The notes below the pieces were generated by a model that ran no database searches, had not been told where the DNA came from, and worked only from the letters and a program-made list of their open reading frames with translations. The position numbers were made by a program, and so were the translations under genes. A stretch of 64,000 nt of DNA from Octopus sinensis. Its lineage: Eukaryota. This document shows, one piece after another, positions 13,119 through 25,690 of the stretch. The stretch is from the NCBI RefSeq assembly GCF_006345805.1, contig NC_043001.1, forward strand, positions 125,302,001-125,366,000. Reading direction: 5' to 3'. Each line of letters begins with the position of its first letter. Positions within the stretch are counted from its first letter, which is position 1.

Positions 13119-13790
13119 GTCATTATTCAGTTTTATTTCGAGATTTCTTGCCAATAGAGAAAGCCTGTTTCTAACCTAGATCCAAGGTACCTTCATTGGA
13201 ATTTCAACATCAATAACAGGGTATGTATGTATGTATGTATGTATGTATGTATGTATGTATGTATGTATGTATGTATGTATGTATGTATGTATGTATGTAT
13301 GTATGTATGTATGTATGTATAAATGCAGATTTTTATGTTTTGTTTTATGTATATCTTCTCATGCATATACTTGCATATCTAAATATGCTTATATATACTT
13401 AAATGGTAAACTTCTGGTAAGTTTTACAGACTTTTACAGTTCCATTAGTGGCTTGTATCTGTAGCCTTCGAATCAGCTTTCTCCTTTCTGGTTTCGAGAA
13501 GCCTAATTTCTCAAGATAGATATTTAAGCCGTGTGTTACATATCCCAACGCCCCAAAAATTACAGGCATAAGCTTGAACTTGTAATCTGGATAGAGTAAT
13601 TGCATATTTCTCAATAGTAGTTCAGTGTAGGTATTCTCTTTTTCACCGATCTTCAGCTTTATGTTAACATCCGCTGGACAGCTGATTTCCACAACTGCAC
13701 ACAGTTTATCTTCTCTATCCCAAATCATTATATCAGGTCTATTGTGCTTTCATTTTATTGAGGTTTTCGCTGAGACATTCCACCATAATA
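13119..13790 (-). mobile_element. R4/Dong-type non-LTR retrotransposon 3' fragment (RLE domain plus 3' UTR) ending in (CATA)n
   Basis: Minus-strand translation WWNVSAKTSIK*KHNRPDIMIWDREDKLCAVVEISCP...KENTY...PVIFGALG, an RPD...E...K restriction-like endonuclease; aataaa lies near the 3' end before the (CATA)n tract. Confidence 0.85.
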
Positions 13791-13918
13791 GCAATATGTC
13801 ATTTGGATGTAATTGATCAAGTTTAACGAAGCAGAGATAAAGAAGAATAACATTCCATTATCATTGAAATACGACAGCAAGGTGATGATCTGGCAGAACT
13901 GTTAGGACGTCGGCGAAA

Positions 13919-14287
13919 TGACGATATGTGCATCTCTGACCGCAAGCAGAAGTAGTGGGGGAGCTTCATAGCCGTGTATTGAAAGGAATTCTTAGAGGTT
14001 TAGATAATTCACCTTTGGAAACATGGATGGTTCGTTCAACATCCTTAAACAATCCTTATTCAAGGACATATTGAGCGGGATGGGCTACTCGACCAGAAGA
14101 AAATTCTAACTGGGCCCTACCTGCAAGGTCATGCACTGTTTATGTTGATATGAGATCACCATGTCGCGCACATATGGTTGTGATGCATGTGCCTGGTGTA
14201 CCTTTATCAGACGGGTAGTCATGACGCGTATACTGGGCTTCGTATATTTTACCCCAGTGTCACTTTGATGGCATGCACTGCTCTCTC
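13919..14287 (+). mobile_element. Unclassified element X, partial copy lacking the first ~180 bp, followed by (AAT)~60
   Basis: Colinear with 16059-16428. Confidence 0.85.
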
Positions 14288-14589
<302 letters not shown>

Positions 14590-15795
14590 CTGGCAATAAC
14601 AATGAAGATTGCTACAAATGGCCTAGACACCTACCTGAAGAGCTCTGAAGACTGGATGTTAAAACTTGTTTCAAAACATGAAAACAAGAAAGCATCATAC
14701 TCAGTAACAAAACAGGCAAAGGAATATCTAAGTGAATTCCGAATACAACAAATTCCAGAATTAAACGTACTAGAAACAAGCACAGAAAAAGCTAAGCACA
14801 TGAAAACCCGTACTAAAACTGCTGCTTTAGATATTCCGACTGATAAATGGCAAGAAAAGCCTCTCAATGGCAAATACCCAAAGAGAGCGAATAATGCCGA
14901 TGTTGACAAAGCCCTTACCCATCAATGGCTAATGGCCTGTGGCTTAAAATCTGAAACAGAAGGATTTATCATAGCAGCCCAAGATCAATGCCTACCTACA
15001 AGGAAATACCAGGCCAACATATTAAAGAACGGTAGCTTCACAACATGTCGTGTATGTCAACAACAAAATGAAACCATTGATCATGTTGTCTCCAAGTGCA
15101 GTCTTCTTGCGCCTACAGAGTATCTCAACAGGCATGATAGTGCAGCACGATATATTCACTGGGTAATTTGCAAAAACCTGGACTTGCCCCATGATAAAAA
15201 CTGGTGGGAACACAAACCACCTCCAGTGCTTGAAAATGATCACACCTCACTCCTCTGGAACTTCACCATTCAAACTGACAGAAAGATAGATGCGAACAGG
15301 CCGGGCATAATATTGAAAGACTTCAGACAAAAATCATGCCTCCTCATTCATATGACTGTCCCAATCGATATAAACATATCTACCAAGACCTACCAAAAAC
15401 TGAGCAAGTATAAAGATCTTGAAATAGAAATTATCAAAATGTGGAACCTGAAGACTAAAACAATACCTGTTGTCATAGGTGCCCTGGGAAAGATAGCAAA
15501 AGGGGCTGATTGCTACCTAGATCAGATACGAGGAAACCCCAAAATGGCAGAAATTCAAAAGATAGTGCTCATGGGAACTGCCCATGTCCTACGCAAAATA
15601 CTTTCTATGTAATCTCAAGTTTTAAAACAAACCCATAATTTTCTTATGGTTTCTTAAACATTCTATAGAACAACACTATGTACAAAACCAAGATATGGCA
15701 CCCTAGATATGGCATAACACTTGTTTTCTCTTGAGGTATCTGGGTGAGACTTGGAACCAACTTGAACAAATGTAACGCAAAAGTCAAACATAAAA
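14590..15795 (+). mobile_element. 5'-truncated R4/Dong-clade non-LTR retrotransposon (RT C-terminus, CCHC knuckle, RLE, 3' UTR, (AAT)n tail)
   Basis: Stop-free ORF to 15612 with ETEGFIIAAQDQ, CRVCQQQNETIDHVVSKC (CX2CX7HX4C), RHD, RKIDANRPGII (RPD motif with D>G), KLSKYKDLEIEI and PVVIGALG. Confidence 0.92.
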
Positions 15796-15800
15796 TAATG

Positions 15801-15855
<55 letters not shown>

Positions 15856-15877
15856 TAATAATAATAATAATAATAAT

Positions 15878-16432
15878 TGCCCTGATGCAGTACCAGGCAG
15901 TGGCTCTCATGGCTTCTGATCTTAACTGATTGGAAGTGTTATCATGTACATTGTTTTGTCTTGGTATAAAAGATGGGCTACAGCAAATATTCTGCTCAAT
16001 ACCACAGATTTGCTTGTCAGTTGTTTGACCTTAACCAGTTGAGCATGTCCCTTAGTGGCTGACGATATGTGCATCTCTGATCACGAGCAGAAGTAGTGGG
16101 GGAGCATCATAGCCATGTGTTGAAAGGAATTCTTAGAGGTTTGAATAGTTCACCTCTGGAAACATGGGTGGTTCTTTCAACATCCTTAAACAACCCTTAT
16201 TCAGGGACCGTTTGAGCGGGATGGGCTACTCAACCTGAAGAAAATTCTAACTGGGCCCCACCTGCAAGGTCATGTGCTGTTTATCTTGATATGAGATCAC
16301 CATGTCGCGCACATTTGGTTGTGATGCATGTGCCTGGTGTACCTTTATCAGACGGGTAGTCATGATGGGTATATTGGGCTTCGTATATTTTACCCCAGTG
16401 TCACTTTGATGGCATGAACTGCTCTCTCACTC
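15878..16432 (+). mobile_element. Unclassified 555-bp element X flanked on both sides by (AAT)n
   Basis: Three overlapping copies in 13919-16432; no ORF, tRNA head or TIR seen; strand is tentative. Confidence 0.75.
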
Positions 16433-16496
<64 letters not shown>

Positions 16497-16749
16497 GTGA
16501 CGACGATGACGATGATAATAATAATGATGATGATAATGATGATGACGATTTCCTTTATTGACCGCAGTGGCCTAAGACAAGAAGACAATATCAAAGGACG
16601 AGATACAACACGCAAAAACAGATGGGATTTAAATCGATCAATGGGAGACGCTACAATATTAGAGGATATAAGAAGGATATATAAATAGAAGTTAGAGGAA
16701 TGATTGATAAATAAATAGAATCCCCAAGAGCTGGGCAGTCCACCCCGCA

Positions 16750-16757
16750 GTAGTAGC

Positions 16758-16799
<42 letters not shown>

Positions 16800-16876
16800 T
16801 GTAGTAGTAGTTTTAGTAGTGATGATAATAATAATAATTATACAACAACAATAACGATAATAATAATAATATAATA

Positions 16877-16939
<63 letters not shown>

Positions 16940-17051
16940 TAATGATGATGATGATGATGATGATATAATAATAATAATAATAATAATAATATGATGATGA
17001 TGATGATGATGATGATGAGATGATGATGATGATAATAATAATAATATAATA

Positions 17052-17115
<64 letters not shown>

Positions 17116-17143
17116 CAACAACAACAACAACAACAATAATGAT
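16750..17143. repeat. Compound (AGT)n/(GAT)n/(AAT)n/(AAC)n microsatellite
   Basis: Direct reading. Confidence 0.95.
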
Positions 17144-17524
17144 GATTTTTGCGGAAATTTATGGCATAGATCTGTTTTGAAGAAAAATCTGTTGTTTTTC
17201 CAACAAAAAGTCACGTATAAGATACCCAAATATTCGTAGGAGGAAAGAATGGCGAGAGAGAGAGAGAGGAAGAGAGGAAGAGAGGCGGAAGGGGCAGATG
17301 TTGGAGAAATTGCGCATTTCTTAGTTGCCGTAGCAAATTCTTGCGTATTTTTAGACAAACTTATTCTTTCTGCTGCTTATTAGCATTTGAGCGTTTTAAA
17401 AAAATTATTCTTATAGTTGATGTTTTCAGTGTTTGTCTATCGTTTTGGAATATATGCACTCCACTAAAATATTTTCCTGGTCTCCAATAGCTTTGTTATA
17501 ATAGTCGTACGAAAAATATATACA

Positions 17525-17687
17525 GGCGCAGGTGTGGCTATGTGGTAAGTAGCTTGTTTACCAACCACATGGTTCTGGGTTCAGTCCCACTGCGTGGCAC
17601 CTTGGGCAAGTGTCTTCTACCATAGCCTCGGGCCGACCAAAGCCTTGTGAGTGGATTTGGTAGACGGAAACTGAAAGAAGCCCGTCG

Positions 17688-17734
<47 letters not shown>

Positions 17735-17949
17735 GTGTTTGTGTGTCTGTGTTTGTCCCCCTAGCATTGCTTAACAACCGATGCTGGTGTGTTTATGTCC
17801 CCGTCACTTAGCGGTTCGGCAAAATAAACCGATAGAATAAGTACTGGTCTTACAAAGAATAAGTCCTCGGGTCGAGTTGCTCGATTAAAGGCGGTGCTCC
17901 AGCATGGCCGCCCGCAGTCAAAATGACTGAAACGAATAAAAAAAAAAAA
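17525..17949 (+). mobile_element. SINE family A, full length
   Basis: Match to 1806-2228. Confidence 0.9.
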
Positions 17950-18192
17950 GAGACATTTATATATGCACTTACACACACATGCACATATGCATAATAATTT
18001 GCATACGCATGCAAACATTCAGGCATGATTGTGCAGTTAAGTTCAATTCGCAAGCAAAAAAACAAAAACGGAAAAGAAAGGCAGAAAAACCGTGAGCGAG
18101 GTCCCATGGTGGGATCTGCATGCAATGCAACCTTGGACTCACCACTACTACCCTTTGGGTGGGATTTCATTGAAGAAAACCTTCGCGCAGGG

Positions 18193-18355
18193 ATGGCTGT
18201 GTGGGGAGAAGTTTTCTTCCTAACCACATGGTTCCGGGTTCTGTCCCACTGCGTGGAACCTTGGGCGAGTGTCCTCTGCTATATAACCTCGGGTCCACCA
18301 AAGCCTTGTGAGTGAATGTGGTAGACAGAAACTGAGACAAGCACGTCGATTTTGT

Positions 18356-18438
<83 letters not shown>

Positions 18439-18556
18439 TGTGTGTGTGTGTGTCTTTGTACCCTAACACCTCTTGACAGCCGCTGTTGTGTTGACACCCC
18501 GTTACCCCCCAAGTTAACGGTTCAGCAAACAGACCGATAGAATAAGTACCAAGTAC
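18193..18556 (+). mobile_element. SINE family A, diverged, with an expanded internal (TG)n
   Basis: Head and CORE-like part at 18193-18350, (TG)~45, then the 3' half. Confidence 0.8.
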
Positions 18557-18753
18557 TTATTCTACAAGGTACTGGGGTTGATACTAAATATATTTAGTAT
18601 ACGTTACATCTCTTACCATCTCTCTCTCTCTCTCTCTCACACACACATACACACACACACGTGTATGTATATGTACGTATGTATATATGTATGTATATAT
18701 ATATGTATGTATATATGTATGTATGTATGTATATATGTATGTATGTATGTATG

Positions 18754-18787
<34 letters not shown>

Positions 18788-19239
18788 TGTATGCATGTAT
18801 GTATGTATGTATGTATGTATATATGTATGTATGTATGTATATATGTATGTATGTATGTATGTATATATGTATGTATGTATGTATATATGTATGTATGTAT
18901 GTATGCATGTATGTATGTATGTATGTATGTATGTATGTATGCATGAATATGTGTGTTTTTATGTGCATGCACCTATGCTTATCCGTATAAACTTGTGTTG
19001 TATCAAGAAGGTAACCTAGCCACTCGATAAATTGAGATTGATAAAACGATACCACTCCGAAAAAAGTATTAGTAAGAAAATGATTGACTAAAAACTTCGA
19101 AGTCGCTGCTCCAACAAACCAATAAAAATACACACTGTCGCACACATACGCAATACCCGAACACACGCACACTTGCGCGCGCACACACATATTCACACAC
19201 ACAAAACATACCCCACAAAACACTCCATACACACATACA

Positions 19240-19620
19240 GGAGGCGCAATGGCCCAGTGGTTAGGGCAGCGGACTCGCGGTCATAGGATCGCGGTTTCGA
19301 TTCCCAGACCGGGCGTTGTGAGTGTTTATTGAGCGAAAACACCTAAAGCTCCACGAGGCTCCGGCAGGGGATGGTGGTGATCCCTGCTGTACTCTTTCAC
19401 CACAACTTTCTCTCACTCTTACTTCCTGTTTCTGTTGTACCTGTATTTCAAAGGGCCGGCCTTGTCACTCTCTGTCACGCTGACTCTCCCCGAGAACTAC
19501 GTTATGGGTACACGTGTCTGTGGAGTGCTCAGCCACTTACACGTTAATTTCACGAGCAGGCTGTTCCGTTGATTCTGATCAACCGGAACCCTCGTCGTCG
19601 TAACCGACGGAGTGCTTCCA
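19240..19620 (+). mobile_element. SINE family R, full length
   Basis: Near-identical to 12391-12773. Confidence 0.9.
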
Positions 19621-19944
19621 TCCACACACACACAACCCCAACCCCACACATTCATTATGAACTCACCTCCAACATGGACAGATGAGACGACGTCAGCTAA
19701 CAGACTCCGTGGGATTTGATAGAAGAGAACCTTCGCGCATGCGTGGCTGTGTGTGGTAAAAAGTTTTCTTTCCAACCACGTGCTTTCGGGTTCTGTTCCA
19801 CTGCATTAAGGTGAAGACGGCAGCGTGGGCCGCACGGAACTTTAACCTACGAAGTAACCAAAAGGATGGGATCAGAGTGATCGCAGAGTACTTGGCTCCA
19901 CCAGATACCAAACAGATTAAAAAGCTTTGAAGCTAGTAGTGGGT

Positions 19945-20283
19945 CGGAGACCCCCTTCGGTCACGACACAGACCATGGGATTGCACCTAGAAAGTTACCC
20001 TCCTAGACACAAGTTCGGGCGAAGTTGTTTATGGAAGACCAGCAGTCGCCCATGCATACCAGCCTCCCCTCTCCACGCCACCAGTGTTATCCAAGGGAAA
20101 GACAAAGGTCGATACAGCTTGGCACCAGAGACGTCGCAACTCATTTCTACAGCTGAGTGAACTGGAGCAACGTGAAATAAAGTGTCTTGCTCAAGAACAC
20201 AACACGTAGCCCGGTCCAGGATTCGAGCTCACAACCTCACGATCGTAAGCTCGATGCTCTAACCACTGAGCCATGTGCCTTCC
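19945..20283 (-). mobile_element. tRNA-derived SINE family M (CORE/Meta-like centre)
   Basis: rc head gaaggcacatggctcagtggttagagc...tcgaatcctggaccggg; centre gttcttgagcaagacactttatttcac; second copy at 27628-27920. Confidence 0.8.
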
Positions 20284-20989
20284 ACTACCCACTACCCCTA
20301 GTAGTGGGTAGAGCTAGGACAACTGCAGTGAAAACGTGAAAAGAAAAGGAAAGAGAGAGAAAGGGAGAAGAGAACAGTGCAACAACAACAAAAAAGAAAA
20401 TGAGAAGAAGAAATATGAAATCAAGAAGAAAAATGAAAGAAGCTGGTGTAGTTTCTCTTGCGGTCGTAGATATTACAAGGAAGATAATCATATGGTTATA
20501 ATATTTAGCAGGACTAGGAATTTAAATTTGAAATTAAGGATTTTTAAATTTCAGCGATATGAAAAAAGGTGCATAGAATTCATATATTTAATGTTTTTTT
20601 TGTTCATTTATAAAGAAGTTCTTAAAATTTATCGGTTGGTAATCATATATTGTTTCATTCCTTTTAGAAATCGTCAGCATGATATAACCTGTGACTTATT
20701 GATTAAACGTTTTATGAAGCAAGATATTTCATGAAGGATTATTACGGTATGGAGGGGAAAAAAATCAAGGAATATTTGTGCGTGTGAGTGTGGTTTTTTT
20801 TTTTGTTTTGTTTTTTGTTCTTCATAGAACGTTAGTAATTTAGCAATCGATAGAAAAGAGAGAAAGCTCTCGGCTTTTGCATACAACATAATAACTGTTT
20901 CAAGGGAATTCTATTTTGTGAAAATAACTTGTAATAGCCAATAATTTCAGTTTTAACTTCAAACATTTTCACAAGCTGTTTACATGCAT

Positions 20990-20991
20990 AC

Positions 20992-21083
<92 letters not shown>

Positions 21084-21136
21084 ATAGATAGATGGATAGA
21101 TAGATAAATAGATAGATAGATAATAGATAGATAGAT

Positions 21137-21172
<36 letters not shown>

Positions 21173-21183
21173 GCAGATAGATA

Positions 21184-21258
<75 letters not shown>

Positions 21259-21530
21259 TGTTTCTTTATTAGCCACACAGGGCTGCACACAGACAGGACA
21301 AAATTACATGGTAGAGCTTTTCTTTTTGGGGGTAAAAGAAGGGGGTTTGGTTTTCGATCAAAAGGGATCGTAAATGGAAAGAAAGAGGACAAAAAAAAGG
21401 GAGGGGGATTTGATCAATAGGGGTCGTTATCACAGAAATGTCAAAATAAAATAAAAAAAGGGGGGGGGATTTGATCAATAGGGGTCGTTATCACAGAAAT
21501 GTCAATATGAAGTGTAAAGGGGAGGACAGA
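20990..21530 (-). mobile_element. Probable LINE 3' UTR ending in aataaa plus a (TATC)n tail; internal ~53-bp tandem duplication
   Basis: rc reads ...gtgtggctaataaagaaacata(tcta)n; the segment aaaaaaaggg...atttgatcaataggggtcgttatcacagaaatgtcaa occurs at ~21392 and ~21453. Confidence 0.45.
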
Positions 21531-21542
21531 TATAGATATCAA

Positions 21543-21922
21543 GCGTGGCTGTATGGTAAGAGGCTTGCTTCTCAATCACATGATCCCGGGTTCAGTCCCA
21601 CTGCGTGGAACCTTGGGCAAGTGTTTTCTACTATAGCCTCGGGCCGACCAAAGCCTTGTGAGTGGATATGGTAGATGGAAACTGAAAGAAGCCTGTCGTA
21701 CATGTATGTAGGTATTTGTTTGTGTGTGTCTTTGTCCGCCCACCACCATCGCTTGACAACCGATGTTGGTGTGTTTATGTCCCCATGACTTAGTGATTCG
21801 GCAAAAGAGACCGACAGAATAAGTACTTGGCTTACAAAGAATAAGTCCTGGGGTCGAGTTCTTCGACTAAAACCCTTTAAGGATCTAGCACGGCCGCAGT
21901 CAAATGACTGATACAAGTAAAA
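21543..21922 (+). mobile_element. SINE family A
   Basis: Match to 1806-2228. Confidence 0.85.
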
Positions 21923-21959
21923 CAATATTTTATACATATATATATACATACATAAAATG

Positions 21960-22163
21960 TGACCGCGTGTGTACCGTTGGCGATTTTTTTCCTCCGTCTT
22001 CCCTTCTCTGGATCTTTCCTTCTCCTATGTTTCTGACGAAGAGCTCCGCTCGAAACGTAAAGCCCTCCTTCTTCCCTTCCTTCCTGAGCGTCCAATAATA
22101 CTATATTTGTTCCACGTCCTCGCGCTGTTGTGTTTTCTCTTTGTGTTTTCATGTTTGGATTAA

Positions 22164-22165
<2 letters not shown>
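21960..22165 (+). mobile_element. Penelope-like terminal remnant carrying a hammerhead motif
   Basis: Contains ctgacgaagagctccgctcgaaacgtaaagc; followed by (CA)n(TA)n. Confidence 0.65.
22028..22064 (+). ncRNA. Minimal type I hammerhead ribozyme motif (PLE-type)
   Basis: CUGACGA-A-GAGC[ucc]GCUC-GAAA-CGUA: 4-bp helix II, palindromic ACGU helix III, GUA cleavage triplet, 4-bp helix I guuu/aagc. Confidence 0.6.
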
Positions 22166-22244
<79 letters not shown>

Positions 22245-22641
22245 TTTTTCACGTCATATTGATATTTTATTATTTTTTTATTTTATTATATTTCAAATAT
22301 TTTATATTTCGATATATACTTTGATAGTATTGTTATATGTTTATATTTTTCATATTCTCTATTAACATTTTCTTTGTATTTAAAGAAATGTAAATTATAT
22401 TTGCCCATATCCACCTTTTTTTAAAAAAAAATATATTCTCCTTATATTATACGTTTTGTATATTATTTGCACACACCCACCTTTTTTAAAGATGCTCTAT
22501 CATTCCTTACATTTCTTATAAATTTTTTTTCATAAAAATTTTTTTCCCCCAAATTTTTTTCCATCCGATTTTACACCATTGAATCGTCGCATCTCGAGAT
22601 TTACATTCTGCGTGGTCAGCATAATGGTTTTTTATACATAA

Positions 22642-22890
22642 TGCCTGAGAGACTTACATGGTGTGGATGTGGGTTTCTTTAAAACTAAACTGGGTCCCTT
22701 CTTGTCGGGAGTCCCAGATGAACCTACCCCACGACAGGAGACGCAGATGCGGGCAGCAGCATCGAACTCCCTTGTTGATCAAGTACCACGTACCAGACGT
22801 GGATTCCCATATTAGTGTAACTCATTCAGCGGTGGTGCCCCAGCATGGCCGCGGCCTTCGGGCTAAAGCATTTTTAAGGATTTAAGGATT
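22642..22890 (+). mobile_element. CR1/L2-group LINE 3' terminal fragment
   Basis: Frame from 22642 reads CLRDLHGVDVGFFKTKLGPFLSGVPDEPTPRQETQMRAAASNSLVDQVP...*, the FKxKLDxFLxxVPDEP...RAAxSNSL pattern of CR1-group ORF2 C-termini; short (TTTAAGGA) tail. Confidence 0.75.
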
Positions 22891-23365
22891 TATAATCTGT
22901 TCCACTATTGGGTTTCTTTCGCCCCGTTTTTAAATTCGGTCCAGTATTTAAACTGCTTAAGTCCGATGGTATGGCTGCCGCTTGAAGAACGTACATGGGT
23001 TCCATGTGCGTGAAACTGTCAGTATCGTGGGCCATACATGTGAGGTGGTCATAAAAATCAATATTTACTCTCGTTAGATGGAATGCTCATTTTGTTGAAC
23101 CTGGACATATGGACCTATTCATTATGTGTGTGTGTAGACATTCGTTTCCAATTGTTATTTCATAATAGTTATCCTTCGTAAATGTAGTGGAGCAGACATC
23201 TGTTCATAAGCATAACGCCCAGACAACATCTGAGTCTTTGACCTTAATATTTGTTGAATAAGAATAACGACGCTCAAGAAACATGTTCTCTTAGGTGCTG
23301 TCCATTCAGATCAGTGACCATTTGGCTGCTATGTTTGAAAACTAACGATGTTTACAAATTTTAGC

Positions 23366-23905
23366 TTGTTTACCAACCACATGGTTCCGTGTTCAGTCCC
23401 ACTGCGTGGCACCTCGGGCAAATGTCTTCTACTATAGCCTCGGGCCGACCAAAGCCTTATGAGTGGATTTAGTAGACGGAAACTGAAAGAAGCCCGTCAT
23501 ATATATGTATATATATGCATGTGTGTGTTTGTGTGTCTGTGTTTGTCCCCCTAGCATTGCTTGACAACCGATGCTGGTGTGTTTATGTCCCCGTTACTTA
23601 GCGGTTTGGCAAAAAAAGACCGATAGAATAAGTACTGGGCTTACAAAAAGAATAAGTCCCGGGGTCGAGTTGCTCGATTAAAGGCGGTGCTCCAGCATGG
23701 CCGCAGTCAAATGACTGAAACAAGTAAAAGAGTTAAAGAGTATGCGGCGCAGGCGTGGCTATGTGGTAAGAAACTTGCTTCCCGATCACATGGTTCCGGG
23801 TTCAATCCCACTGCCTGGCACCTTTGGGCAAGTGTCTTCTACTATAGCCTCGGAGCGTCCAAAGCCTTGTGAGTGGTTGACTGAAACTGAAAAAAGACCG
23901 TCGTG
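23366..23905 (+). mobile_element. Two tandem SINE family A copies (5'-truncated full body plus a second head)
   Basis: 23366-23740 and 23743-23905 match 1806-2228. Confidence 0.85.
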
Positions 23906-23948
23906 TGTGTGTGTGCATGAATATTATATATGTGTGTGCGTGCGTGTG

Positions 23949-23996
<48 letters not shown>

Positions 23997-24256
23997 AAGT
24001 TTGAATAGGCCGGTTTATGGGACTACTTTGGGTTTCCCGTGAGTAAAGTGCTTAGCTTTACGGCGTATCATTAGACACCAAAACCTGTTGGCTTAAGGCT
24101 TCTCTGGTGAGTGGCCTCTCTAGAATATGGAGGAGGAAATGACCTCGCTGCTCATTGTCAACAACAGGGGTTTGTCTCCCTTCGGCTATCGATCGCCAGT
24201 CACCTTGTCATCCTGTGGCTTCCAATTGGCCAACAAGAATTTCCTGAAATACAAGA

Positions 24257-24289
<33 letters not shown>

Positions 24290-24334
24290 TGTATGTATGT
24301 ATGTATGTATGTATGTATGTATGTGTGTGTGTGT

Positions 24335-24562
24335 ATTTATGTGTGTGTCTCTGTGTTTGTCTCCACACCGTCGCTTGTCAACCGATCTTGGTGTATTTAC
24401 AATCCCGTCACTTAGCGGTTCGCAAGAGGTACTGATAGAATGAATACTAGCTTTACAAAGTATAAGTCCTGGGGTCGATTTCTTCGACTAAAAAATACCC
24501 TTTAAGGCGGTGCTCCAGCATGGCCACAGTCAAACGATTGAAACAAGTAAAAGAATAAAAGA
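24335..24562 (+). mobile_element. SINE family A, 3' half
   Basis: Match to 2010-2215. Confidence 0.8.
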
Positions 24563-24577
24563 ATGTGGATTAAGATA

Positions 24578-25119
24578 CTGGGTTGTCCGGAAAGTTCGTG
24601 CCGATTTATAGTAGCTTACCTTTCGACTTATTTTAGAACATAGCTGAGTCCATAAAATAGGATTTGACTACACTTCCATTTAGAGCACAGTTTAAGCTAT
24701 CTTTTCCTGGAAGAAGATTTATGTTCCTACAACCTGTGTTAATTCTGTAACCCTTTAAAATGGAAGATAAGAAAGTTCATTTTCGGCACTTGATGCTTTG
24801 GGAACCAGACAAAAATTGCTGCACATCGGCTGGGATGTGTTACCTCAACCTCCAAATTCACCAGATATTGCTCCTTCGGATTTCCACTTACTCGGGTTTC
24901 TGCAGAATAGTCTTAATGATAAAAATTTCAATTCTTTGGATGACGTAAAATGATACCTTGATGAATTCTTTGCCATGAAACCACCTCATTTCTGGGAAGA
25001 TTGGAGACGCATTGTGCAACAAAATTGTTCATATTTGGTTGATTAAAAATGTAATGGCAAGTATTTATCGACCTTTTTCTTTCCTTTAAAAATCGGCACG
25101 AACTTTCCGGACAACCCAA
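24578..25119 (+). mobile_element. Internally deleted mariner transposon (542 bp) with ~30-bp TIRs and TA TSD
   Basis: TA|ctgggttgtccggaaagttcgtgccgattt ... aaatcggcacgaactttccggacaacccaa|TA; N-terminus MEDKKVHFRHLML fused to C-terminal LLHIGWDVLPQPPNSPDIAPSDFHL (YSPDLAPSD-like). Confidence 0.93.
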
Positions 25120-25490
25120 TATTTAGGATCTACCAAATAGCAACTGCATGATAGAAACTCGAAGCATTTCTTCACAATCATACCACCCATTGTCGTGTTT
25201 CAATACAGATTATTCTGTGGTGGGGAAAAAAGCGTATCAACGGAGATCTGAACGAAAAACAAAGACGCAGTACACACTCGTAAAACCGAAGCGCATTTCA
25301 TTAAAATAAACTAGAATCCATCTTGAACAGGTGGAATGAGCTGGGCAAATGGAAACAGATATATTGTTCTTCTGAACAATAACGGTGTTTGTTTGCCCGG
25401 TTATCGACGTGAAAATAAACACAACGCTCACAAACACAATTCTGCAGTAACAAATTATCCACAACTATTATATCAATCTAGCTGAAATTC

Positions 25491-25491
<1 letters not shown>

Positions 25492-25563
<72 letters not shown>

Positions 25564-25572
25564 CATCTATCC

Positions 25573-25652
<80 letters not shown>

Positions 25653-25690
25653 GTCTGTCTGTCTGTCTGTCTGTCTATTTATCTGTCTAT
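25492..25690. repeat. (TATC)n(TGTC)n microsatellite
   Basis: Direct reading. Confidence 0.95.

Noticed and set aside
15878-15960. HDV-like ribozyme at the start of element X
   Set aside because: I could not find the P1 3' strand or the P1.1/P3 arrangement by eye on either strand; a covariance search would be needed.
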